Source of the DNA: Nemertoderma westbladi
Lineage: Eukaryota > Animalia > Xenacoelomorpha
Direction of reading: 5' to 3'
Length of the DNA: 40,740 bases
Assembly: GCA_032718475.1 (NCBI GenBank)
Contig: JAUCBJ010007792.1
Coordinates: forward strand, 1-40,740
Shown here: positions 11,810-23,236 of the stretch, piece after piece
Numbering within the stretch: position 1 is the stretch's first letter
How the letters are laid out: every line of letters begins with the position of its first letter
Program-made: the position numbers and the translations under genes
The notes under the pieces: model-generated
What the model saw: the letters and a program-made list of their open reading frames with translations, nothing else
Databases searched by the model: none
Told to the model about the DNA's origin: nothing

Positions 11810-12060
11810 TACCGGTATTTACGATAGGCTTATTATATTTATTTCTATAAATTTGAGCTAAAATTATATACCGGTATTCTGTGATTAATTCTAGTCTATA
11901 ATTATACTTATATACTATAAGTGTAAGTTGTATACCGGTATTCACAATAGGCTTATTATATATTTATATATATTTGTGCTGAAATTATATACCGGTATTC
12001 TGTGACAAACCTAGTCTGTAATAATACTTATATATATACTATAAGTGTATAACGGTATTC
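11810..12060. repeat. Higher-order tandem repeat in the BEL 5' leader: five ATACCGGTATT-type palindromes about 60 bp apart
   Basis: Palindromes near 11811, 11869, 11932, 11989 and 12050 (the last degenerate). Spacers 1/3 and 2/4 resemble each other, giving a unit of about 120 bp. Confidence 0.85.
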
Positions 12061-12198
12061 TAATATATTGTGTATATATATCACGTTACACTGAGTAACG
12101 ATATCAGTAATTAATTACTAGGCTTAACAGTTGATACTGAATTACTAGACTTGCTTTAACTGTAATATAGCAGTAGGCATTCAACTGTACAAACAAAC

Positions 12199-15100
12199 AT
12201 GTCTGACACAAAGCAAAACCTGTCAGACAGTCTCCTAGATACAACCATCTGTGACCCAGATAGGAGTGCTGAACGTTTGAGACCGAAGTTCAACTCACCT
12301 CCTACTGTAAGAAAGATCATCCCTCCAGTAGTAGTATCAGACCCTAGGCTAGTCCAACACCGTAGGTCTATCATAGGCACTCGGGCTCAAGTGAAGCGGG
12401 ATCAAGAAGCAGCTGTCAAACAGCAGCAACACCCTAGCCGAGAACTTATTTCTCAGCGGCCCGATAGCTCCAGTAGTTCGGATACTGTAGAGCTGACACC
12501 CGAGCGCGGAGCAAAGATGGCAGATGCGGTTTATTCGGATCCCCTTCTCATTCTTCCTGCAGCCGTACTCACTAGGGTATTGATTGCGGTGGAGGAACAC
12601 CAAATCGATTGGGTGAGAAGTAAGCGATGGACCAAGGACAGTTATGCGGGATACACAAGGGAGGAACTGAAGTCTATTGTCGAGTCGCAATGGAACTTCC
12701 CCGGACCCGGACTCCCGTTTGACTTATCGGAAGCTGCCTGGGAAGACATACACAGGATGGGAGTGACAAAAGACACTAGTGATCCAGCTGTGTGGAAGAG
12801 GTCGGCAGCAGGATATGTACAGGGATTCTTCAGCTCTTTGGAGCGATTAGAGGAACAACTGTTTCAACAACCCCAGGGACCTCAAGAGCAGGGAGAGCTG
12901 CTTTATCAAGTTCGAAAAAGAATTCTAAGAATCAGACTAATCCTATCGGCCTTTGAGGAAGCTTCAAAAAGAAGACAAGACACGTCGTTGCAAGTTGCCG
13001 TAAAGACTTGGTTCCAGCGGGTGAGTCTCAAGGTTCAAGGAACGGCCCAGTGGAAATTTCAGCTGGCTGAGTGCTCAACCCACGGAGAATCAACAGACGC
13101 TACCTTTTCTCAAGTGGAAAGCGAATTGACAGCAGAGAAACCGCAGAAGAAGGACGCTATTGACATCTATCTGTCAGACTATCAACGATTTCTAGGAGAA
13201 GAAGGAGAAGGCTGGCTGGACTTCGCCCTAATAGTGAAGGAGCCAAGTTTGTGCTGGACGCAATAGATGCGGAAATGTTAGCTGCGAACCAAGCTAAATT
13301 TGATGAACGCCTCCGCATCGCTAGGGTCCAAGAAGAACAGGTAAAGAAAAAACGTATAGAAGACAGAAAGATAGCAGCAGTGGCAGCGGCAGAAGCGGAA
13401 AGAAAGGCGGTAGAAGTGGAAAGAAAAGCAGCAGCGGCAGTGGCAGAAGCGGAAAGAAAAGCGGCCGAAGTGGAAAGAAAAGCGGCAGTGGCAGCGGCAG
13501 AAGCGGAAAGAAAAGCGGCAGAAGCGGAAACAAAGGCAATGGCAGAAGCAGAACGGAGGGCGTCTGAAGAGACCACCCAACTAGAGTTGGAAAATCTTTA
13601 AGAGAAGCAAGACTACATAAATAAACAGTTAACAGCTAGTCAAATGCAGATGATGAGTCGATCTACTCCCAAAAGACAGGGATTTACATCATCTGATGAA
13701 GGCGATACCACCAATCCTGAAGGCGGAAGAAATAGATCTCGTCTAAGTAGGCGTAGAAGAACGCCCCACCGTCAGAAATTGCCTAATTTGCCCCCAGCTG
13801 TGAGAAGGCAACTAGTTAGCACAGACTTAGGTAGTGCAGAACCCACAGACCAAATTATTAGAATAGAAAGACTCCCCAATATAGTAGATGAGCCTGAAAT
13901 AATTAGGCCTGTTCTCGAAGCCACCCCTTCGGTGATAGAGACACCTGTACTCCCAGAACCTACTTCTAAATTCCCTTTGCACAGCACTAAACTACCTGTG
14001 CCCAACAAAACCGCCCATGAGACAGTTACTGTCCTGGACTCCGAGCGAAATATCAACGATTTGTCGCCCGTTGTCCCTCGTCTACCCGCTACTATGTTGG
14101 CGGCTCCCGCTTCGGCGGTAGAGTGGGTGGATGAGGGACGGCGGGAGATGGGTCTCCTGCTCGGGCAGCTGAGGGAACACCGTTTGTGTTCCTCTCAGCA
14201 GGTCCGGGAGATGGAAGGGACTGTTCGGCAGTTAAAGGGAACAGTCAGAGAGGGTAGGTTAGAGTTGCAAGAAGTGCAGCAGAGTATCGCGTTAGAACGC
14301 GATAAATTAGTAAATATACAAAAGGGTATACCACCACCCCCTGTAACAATGTGTCAACCTGTTAGGTCTGAAGTATTTCATGCGCAAGGTGTGGAGCCTA
14401 CACGCATCTATACTGCTAGTGAAGTAGAAACTCCTATAGTAAACCCTATTAAGGGTAATTATAAACCTGTTGACAATGATATTCCATATAGACCTGATCA
14501 TAATCCGAGAAATTTATATACCGATAACTCGATATTAAATAACACGATGGCCCAAGAAAGTTTTACGCGTCAAATGGCTAGAACCGAAGCCCGTCAAGCG
14601 GTAAAGGTGGGAGAGATCATCAAGTTCAATGGAGATGAGATGAAATGGTTACCTTTTAATGAATATTATAAAGATAACATACAGAACTCTGTGCTATATA
14701 ACGGAGAGAAACTTAGATTCCTCATTGAGTGCTTGGAAGGATCTCCCAAGTTAATGGCGTTAAAGTTTATTGGACATCCAGATGGATTAAGACAAGTTTG
14801 GGATACACTAAACATCAGGTATGGTAATAGGAATAACATAGCTAGGTATTTGTATGCAAAATTGGTAGCGCCCCGAAAGTTCATTAGCAGCGGGATTATA
14901 GAGTTTTCCGATGAGATTCAGGAGATCTGTAGACAATTAGATTGGCTAGGTAAGTCTCATGAATATCAGAGTTCTATGGTTATTGGAGCCGTGGCCTCTA
15001 CTTTACCAAAGGGTGGAGTAGGTACACGCTGGGACAAGAAAGTCTTATATATGATGGAACAACAACGAAGAGACCCTACCATGGCTGATCTCATGTCATT

Positions 15101-18100
15101 CTTAGATGGAGAGGTAAAATTACAGCTCCTAAAGCAGTCCAGAGAGAAGACACCGGAAAATAAGGTAAGTGAGAAACCCGTTTCTAGGAGAAAGGTAACA
15201 CCAGTGTGTTATACAGACGACGGCGAAAGCCAGGCTTCTCAAGAAGAGGACAGCGGGAAAGACACTGAAAGATCTTACTATGTCAACAAAGCGCCTAAAG
15301 ACGTAAGTAAATTTAAGTCTCGAACCAATGACAGGAGAGAACAGGTAACAAAAACTCCTCCTACGTCTCCTAATAGAGTTCACGGAAGAAAGCCCGAGGA
15401 AAGAACGAGAGTGCACAACGTTGCGCAAGGTAAGGTGAGTAACATCAAACCAAAATGTGCGCTGTGCGACGGGCCCCACCGTTTAAGTGTGTGTGATAAA
15501 TTTTTAAAGAAATCACTAAAAGATAGACATGAGGTCATGTGGGATAAGTGGTTGTGTTATAATTGCCTCAGACAAGGACACCAACAGCGAACCTGTTACT
15601 CCGACGCAAGGTGTGCAAAGTGCGGCGTGAAACATCATATCTTGTTGCACACTGAATTCGAAAGAAACAGCCCGAGTCAGGTAAGTGAGCCCGAACTACA
15701 TGTCCAATTCAGTGATGTGAACGACACTGACCAAAGTTCTGAGATGGAAGGATTCTATACGGATGAATTTTCCGACGAAAACGAATCCTGTTACTTAATA
15801 AATACCGCAGTGTATCGAGCACTTACGTATGAAAAGGACACCGACAGTGAGCTCCCCCTAACTACTCCTGACCGACAACCATCTTGGAATGCACCAACTT
15901 CCAACGTAGGAATCCGAGAATTTCCCGTAGTGCAGTTGAGAGTCCACGGGCCCCAAAAGAGCTATATAGTGAACGCCCTCCTTGACTCCGGCAGCACAGG
16001 AACATTCATCAACAAAGAACTAGCCGAAGACATCTTTGCTGGACAACCCAAGTTCTGAACTATATTGAACATCTCAGGAATTATGCAGGTTTGGAAATCT
16101 ACAGTAACTACCGATTATTATGTAGGCGCGTTGTCCACCCCCCAGGATGAACTAGGAGAACACAGCATAAGGTCAGTAAAAATGGTGGCGATAAAGAACT
16201 TCGCTACCAGCCAAGTGGAACCTTATAACTGGGATGAGGACGATTTCACCCAGCAGCATAAGATACCTAGATTCAATACAGACTACCCTGGAGTGCAAAT
16301 ACTCATCGGCCAAAATGCGCATGAGGCGCTTGAGACATTGGAGAAACGGCCTGCTCAACCGCAACCACTACAAACCTATGCGGGAAGAACTAGAGTAGGT
16401 TGGTACTTTACTGGCCCTTCCCATAGAACTCTCATGGAAAGGTTACCCAAAGAATGGGTCTACCAGGTAAGTGAATGGGAAGAGGAGATCAGTGAGGTAG
16501 ACGACACAACTGAGGGAACACCATACTCCTCAGATAATGACGATATCCACCAACTCTTCGACGAGGAGAATACCATCGACCTCCTTACGGAAAACGAAAC
16601 TTGGCAAAACCAAGTGAACCTATGTTACCTCATTCGTCCAGCAGGACAAGTCGACTATAACGACGAACTGAATGAAGTGATAGATCGCTACAACGTGAAG
16701 ACTCGGGATGAACACGCTGTACGATTCTTTACTCAAGAGGCTGTAGAGCCCAATTCCTATGATAAGGCCCTATCGGTAGAAGGAGAAAGAGCCAAGCAGA
16801 TACAAGAAACGACTACACGTTTTCTTAAAGATCAAGGTAGATATGAGATTGGTCTGCCCTTCCGACGGCGAGAACCCAATTTTATCAACAACCGACCCTT
16901 GGCGGAGAAGAGAATTGCGCAACTACATCGACGCCTTACGGCAAATGCTTCAGCTAAGGAGATGTACAAGACCCAGCTGAAGAAATTCATTGACAAGGGA
17001 TATGCGGAGCGAGTACCGGAAGGGACACCCATAACTGAGAGAACGTACTATTTAACACACCATTACGTTCCCAAACCCGGTAAACCCAACGAAGTCCGGG
17101 TAGTATTTGACGGCTCCGCCCTCTACATGGGCCAATCCCTAACTCCGAGTTGTTGCCAGGACCCAACTTACTACAATCCTTGTTGGGAATACTCTTAAGA
17201 TTACGACAATATTCGATCGCCTTTGCCTCGGATATAGAAGGCATGTTCTTACAAGTTAAGGCGCTGGATAGAGATCGAGACAGCCTACGATTTCTGTGTT
17301 GGCCTGAAGGAGACTTCAACCACAAACCGGTGGAGTACTGGATGACCATCCAGGCTTTTGGGATCATCTCGAGCCCTTCAAACGCCTGCTCAGTAGTGCG
17401 TACCACTGCTGATGACAACCGGGACGCCTTCTCCAAAGAGGTTATTGACAACATCAAACGGGATATATACATGGACGACAATTTAAAGTCCCTCCCATCG
17501 GTGGAAGAAGCCATTGATGTCGCCAAAGGAACGGTAGAGTGCTTGAAAAGAGGTGGATTTCGATTAACTAAATTCACCAGCAACTCCCGTGAGTTTCTGG
17601 AATCGATCCCGGTAGAAGACCGAGGAGTTAAAGATCTAGATCTAATCAAGGACGATCTTCCAGAAACCAAGACGCTTGGTTTGAAATGGGACATGGAGAG
17701 AGATATCCTGTTTTTCCAGCTAAAACAGCGTGATAATCCAGTTCGGACTAAACGGATTTGTTTAAGTATCCTGAGCACTTATTTCGATCCATTGGGATTT
17801 ATTAGCCCAGTTATATTGATTGCTCGGAGTTTAGTACAACAAATGTGGCTTGAAAACCACTCATGGGACGATCCACTTGAGGGAGAACTATTAAAGAAGT
17901 GGATGAAATGGGAAGATTCTCTACCGTCCATCGAGAACTTTATAATTTCCCATTCATATTTTGGTCATGTTCTCCCTACGTATTCCTATCAACTCCATGT
18001 GTTTGGAGACGCCAGCGATATGGGAATAGGTATAGTAGCCTACCTGAGAGTTGAAACTCCGGATGGAATCAAGGTCGCCTTGGTTACCTCTAAGGCCTTG

Positions 18101-19902
18101 ATAAACAACAAGTTGAAAGTTCCTCGAGCGGAGTTAAAAGCAGCTCTATACGCTACAGCCATCGGCCGGAATGTAACAGAACAGATCGACTATCCACTGG
18201 AGAAAACTGTCTATTGGACTGATGCTTTACTCGTGTTAGAGTATATAACCAATGAAGTCTGTCAGTTCAGCGTCTTCGTTACCAACAGAGTAGCCATTAT
18301 ACTTAGTCGCACGAAGATAGATCAATGGAGACATTGCCCCAGAACGATTAATCCAGCCGACATCGCCTCCAGGGGAGCAACTCCACAAGAATTGATAGAT
18401 ACTCCAGACTGGTTAGGTGGACCCGACTTCCTAAGCAAAGAAGAGGATGAATGGCCTCCTCATCTTACTACGGCGGAGATTAGACAGGCCAAGGGAGCGG
18501 AGAAAGTCAAACCTAAAACTCGGGCGAGTAAATCGAAGTTATTTAAACCCGTGGTAGATCTGTCTGTACTACACACTTCCGGAGACGACGCTTTGGATCC
18601 GAAACCCACAGCCACAAATAAGTCTGTTGTGGAAATCAGAGAGAGAGATTGGAAATCTGGAATACCAGACGTCTCGCAAGGACTCTCACCTCTCCTGCAG
18701 AGAGCGATACATCACTATAGTTCCTGGAATCGGCTCTGTAAGTTATTTGTTATTTTCATAAACCCCGTAGAGCTCTGAACCAAGTTCTTAGGAACTGCAT
18801 ACCCTGTAGGAAAGCATTCAGTAGGCCTTTAACACAGCGAGAGGCAGAATTACCTAGGGAACGAGTAAGCTTCTATGAACCACCCTTTACTAATACCGGT
18901 GTGGATTTATTTGGCCCTATTGAAGTATATCGTGCTAGGACTATAGTCAAGAGATGGTGTGTCATCTTTGTCTGTATGACTTGTAGAGCTATCCATCTCA
19001 ATATGGTGAACGATTTATCTACCAATAGCTTCATATTGAGCTTACGCCGACAGATCGCTCGCTTTGGAACTAGTAACACGATGAGATCTGATAAGGGAAC
19101 GAACTTCATTGGTGCCAACAATGAAATCAAAGCTTACATCAAAGATTGGAACCAAAGACAGGTGGACGATCAGGTAAGGGTAACAGCGTCTAGCTGGACC
19201 TTCAACGCTGCCGACGCCCCTTGGTGGGGAGGAAGTTGGGAGAGATTAATCAGGAGCGTGAAGACCGCATTTCACTTTATAGTGCCGTGCCGTGCGTATC
19301 TCACCGACGAACTTTTGCGGACGTTAATGGAGGAAATCGCCGCCTATCTCAACGAGAGACTGCTTATGCCAGTCTCATCGAGTCCCGATTCCCTGGAAGC
19401 GCTAACACCCGCGCACTTCCTACTGAAGAAACCTGTAGCCATGCTCCCACGATCGGAAATCACGGACGGAGACGAATACTGCCGGCAAACTTGGCAACTT
19501 ATGCAGTTGTTATCCCGTCGTTTCGCTGACCATTTCGAAAAACATTATCTGCCTATGCTACAACTTCGAACTAAGTGGTTCGCGGAGCAAGAAAATGACA
19601 GCGCCGGCGACATGGTCCTTATTGTGGACTCAGATCTTCCACGTAAGCGGTGGCAGACAGGTCGTATCATCGAGACTCATATCTCGGAGGATGGTTTGGT
19701 GCGATCGGTAGAACTCGTCGTCATGCGACGTAACTTTAAGAAACCGGGAATTGTCTTCGAGACGCAGCAGCTCAATCGCCCAGTTGGTCGTTTATGTTTA
19801 CTGGAAAGAGACAGAGAACTCTCCGGAAACTATGGAAGGCAAGATACTCTTCCCACGACCACCTCCCTAATCCAACAAACATCTAGGGACTCCCCAACGT
19901 AA
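12199..19902 (+). pseudogene. BEL/Pao gag-pol polyprotein (long N-terminal extension, Gag, three Zn knuckles, aspartic protease, RT, RNase H, integrase), disrupted
   Basis: Gag FNGDEMKWLPF...EKLRFLIECLEG; knuckles CALCDGPHRLSVC, CYNCLRQGHQQRTC, CAKCGVKHHILLH; protease LLDSGS; RT YYLTHHYV..VRVVFDGS, SDIEGMFLQV, YMDD; RNase H HVFGDAS..PRAELKA..WTD..NPADIASRG; integrase VDLFGP, SDKGTNF, GGSWERL. In-frame stops at 13599 and 16056, frameshifts near 13250 and 17145, deletion near 18750. Confidence 0.95.
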
Positions 19903-20429
19903 CAGCGTCTGGAGTGGGTGTGTGACTATATTATTTTATATCTGTCTTTATTATTTTTATATTTAGGTATGTATTATTATGTAATTTTATTATAATCGTT
20001 TTCTTTAATTTTATTTAGTAGAATGTTATTTTAGCGATTATTTAGTAGATTAGTGCCATATATATATTCGCGTTTATTACTTAATTACTTATATATTATA
20101 TATTTAGTGCGACGGCGAGAAATAATTCTTTTTCTCTTTCCTTACTGTCCATATTACATTATAAATACGTGACTACAGTAAGATGAAATATCCGTACTTA
20201 TTAAAGTACAATAAAGCTCCTACTATATTCAAGTATTATTGGTAAGTAGAGTATTAGGAATGCAAAGTTCAGATCCTCGTGTCTCGGCTAAACCAAGCTC
20301 TGGGTAGACCTTGGAAATGACTTGCCTCTTCTCACTGACATTGCTTCTTGCGATATTGCTCTCATACCGTATATTAAATAATACATATAATAGCGTGATG
20401 TCCCTTTAACAGTAGCGTAAAACGGAAAA

Positions 20430-20787
20430 TAAATCTGTTAAACCCTTTGACCATCTGTAATTCTAGTCGATTAAGATATCGCGGCACCCACCGATATACT
20501 TAAAAGACAAAATTCTAGAATCAATGGTTAACGTCCCCAGACATGTTCTGGAATAAACTGGTGCCCATCTTAAATATTAACTATTAATATTTATAAAATC
20601 TGTCAAACAAATACAATAGAGTAACTACTTACAAGTTAACTCTAGAGAATCTATAAATTAAAATCTGTCAAAATTTAGATCCTTTAAAATTCTAGTCAAT
20701 TAAGATATCGTAGCACTTACCGATACTCTTAAAAGGACAAATTTCCTAGAATTAAGGATCCTAGTCCCCAGACATGCTCTGGAATAA
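20430..20787 (+). repeat. Two diverged direct repeats (about 128 bp) forming long stem-loops in the BEL 3' non-coding region
   Basis: Copies at about 20430-20557 and 20660-20787. Each has ATTCTAG..TTAAG ATATCG..loop..CGATA(T/C). CTTAA..CTAGAAT followed by the small hairpin CCAGA catg. TCTGG. Confidence 0.85.
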
Positions 20788-21107
20788 AATTATGTCTGTT
20801 TTAAGGATAAATAATAAAATTTACGGGAATAAATTTAAATTCATTTTTTAATGAATTTGATAAATTGTCATTTTTATACAATTTATAACATTCCCAAAAT
20901 TCCATTAATTAATAGATCATGGGAGCGGAGATTCACCCTATTAAGTGTATTAGTGTGTGAGAATTTCCAATATATAGTCAATAGCCGATAAAATTCATAA
21001 AATCATGTATAAAGAGGAATATTGACAATTAAAGAATTACTATTAAATAGCATCCCAGATCTGTATGCATGAGAATTACCCTAATTCTACTGCTAGCTTT
21101 CCATAAT

Positions 21108-21220
21108 GTCACCATGGCAACAACCACGCTAGAATTAGAAGTGAGTTAAAAGAACAATAAAGACTTGCCCCATTGAATAGCATAAGGAATAAATAGCACA
21201 CTGCTAGTATCCAAGGATAC
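21108..21220. promoter_or_regulatory. Two RFX X-box-like palindromes upstream of the accessory ORF
   Basis: GTCACCATGGCAAC (21108-21121) fits the GTNRCC-N0-3-RGYAAC consensus. GTATCCAAGGATAC (21207-21220) is a palindromic variant. Confidence 0.4.
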
Positions 21221-21609
21221 CCAATAATAACGTGGCATTCTGGAAGGCACTTGACTAACGGACAAATGGCCCGAACGTATGCGGTTTGTGACAGTTGTGT
21301 GGAATTTGTGCGTTTATAGGTGAATGTTACTACTAAAGTGTGTTTACAGTAGCGAGTCGCAATTGTGAAAGTAGCCCTAACTCTGCAGTAATAACCTGAA
21401 GTAAATCCTTGCTCTTGGGACGGACAGTGGAGTGACGCGCGCTGGTTGTTGTGGTCGTTGTGCAGCTACTATGTTGGCGATAGGCACATCGGCGAAAGTA
21501 CATCGACGCTGAGGATCTTGCGCTGTCCGGGGGCCGTGAGGGGTAGGCAGCGACGCCCGCTAGCCTAATTATAAACTCATTATGATATTGATAAACTCAT
21601 ATAGCAGCT

Positions 21610-23159
21610 ATGACTGAGTTGATAGAAGATGATCTTGGTATCAGGGAGCGATATACTCTACCTTTACAAGCGTTTGTTGATAGCTTGATACACGGCGACG
21701 TTAGTCCAACTACTACGGAGGATGATGGTCGTTATATCGAACCGCCGATGTCCCAGGAGCAACTTACGCGTGAATTGGACTATAGAAAATTCACTGCTCG
21801 CTATACGCATCGTAATGGTACGTATATGGACTTCTTAACTACTGGCCATCCTATCGATTTACATGATACGGACTATGTCGACACCGAAAGGGAAATGGTA
21901 CTATTTAAATATCCTACCCAGCGGAGTCGGAACGATAAACTGAAAATCGAATGCGAAAATTCTATTCGAAATCGACTCGAAAGAGAAGACGTTAAAGAAC
22001 CGGATAAACGCAGTAACTCCAACGTATATTTGGAATTCTTGAGAGAAATATTGTAAAACCGAATAAATATAACCCGCGTTTCCCCTACAAGACGTGCGTC
22101 TTTGGTATTATTGCGATGAATGCCCAAGACCCAACCAACAAACGGAAAGACATAAACATCCGCGGAGACGTTGCTTTAAACACGGTTTTACTCGCTATAT
22201 TTACGGGAGTTTCGAGCGAAACTTGTTCGATGTATCACCTGCGCTCGCTCGACTCAAACGATCCTTAAATAAACATATGATCAGAGTTCCGGAATACTCG
22301 GTCAGACCTCCTCATTCCCTAGTTAGACCTCAGACTCTTGATCCTAATAGTATCACGGATCCTCCCGAACTGTACTCACTGTTCAAAGATCTAGTATTAC
22401 CCGAACAGTTAGTCGGTGGCACTCCGGTTGTGGGCTCCCTAGATATTCGCCCATCTTACCTAGCCGGATTGGGACGCGGACATCTAATATTGCCATTCAA
22501 CCGTATAATCGTCCCAGTTTAACCCGATACAACCTGTCACCGAGGAGGAGGAGAGAGTTGTACGAAACGCATTGGACACTATTCGTCAAAAGATCGGAGA
22601 AGGAACCTACAATGTTTAGAGAAACGTAAATTGCAGCAGCAAGTCCAAGCAGTAAACGAATTAGCTTTAGCTCAGTTCGATCCGGAAATCCGGAATCTCT
22701 AAGAAGATACCGAACTTGGACGACTCTACTTTCTACAAGAGTTTGGACAAATGTTTTCAACGACAAGCGGAGGAAAATCAGCTCGAGGAGAAGCATATCG
22801 ATCCCGATAGAGCCCGAGAACGCGAGTTGGAAAGAATCATCAAACCGAGGAAATTTCTCACTACACACGGTCCACCTACCGCTATCGTTCAGACGACTCG
22901 TCAGGGACCAGTAGGAGCTGCTGTCCTAAAACGCGCTCTAAAGGCCGTTAGACCTCGCTCCACTGAAGTTGATATCGATCAACCAGGTACCTCGACCGGC
23001 GGATACACCGACCGTAATCCTAAACCTTCCGATGCAATTGTATTGCAGCCTTCACCCAGGAGTTATAGCCCGCCTAGTAAAGTGGCTCGCCCCAAAGAGA
23101 AAAGGACTCTTGCTAGCCTCAAAAAACTGCGTAAACGCCGTCCACGCAAGAAAGACTAA
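21610..23159 (+). pseudogene. Accessory ORF region of the BEL element (unknown product, probably one ORF of about 500 aa broken by indels)
   Basis: Consecutive sense-strand ORFs 21610-22056, 22094-22522 and 22716-23159 with coding-like composition between AT-rich flanks. Contains YYCDECP..HKH..CFKH and the C-terminal basic tail KKLRKRRPRKKD. No signal peptide or transmembrane segment is visible. Confidence 0.65.
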
Positions 23160-23236
23160 CTGTTTAGAGTATTTTTATATTTTAGAAACTGTGATTTTTA
23201 TATTTTATAGAATTAAATCCCATTTTCTGGGAGCGG

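Noticed and set aside
11810-12060. CRISPR-like array of palindromes with spacers
   Set aside because: Repeats are only about 11 bp, the spacers are related to each other, the context is a eukaryotic TE and there are no cas genes.
13157-13580. Minus-strand low-complexity ORFs (SASAAAF, FRFCRC, PLFFPLLP repeats)
   Set aside because: They are shadows of the plus-strand coiled-coil repeat in Gag.
16056-16058. Programmed gag/pol stop or selenocysteine TGA in the BEL element
   Set aside because: It lies inside the protease region, and other lesions show the ORF is decayed.
21610-23159. env gene
   Set aside because: No signal peptide, transmembrane anchor or Cys-rich ectodomain is visible.
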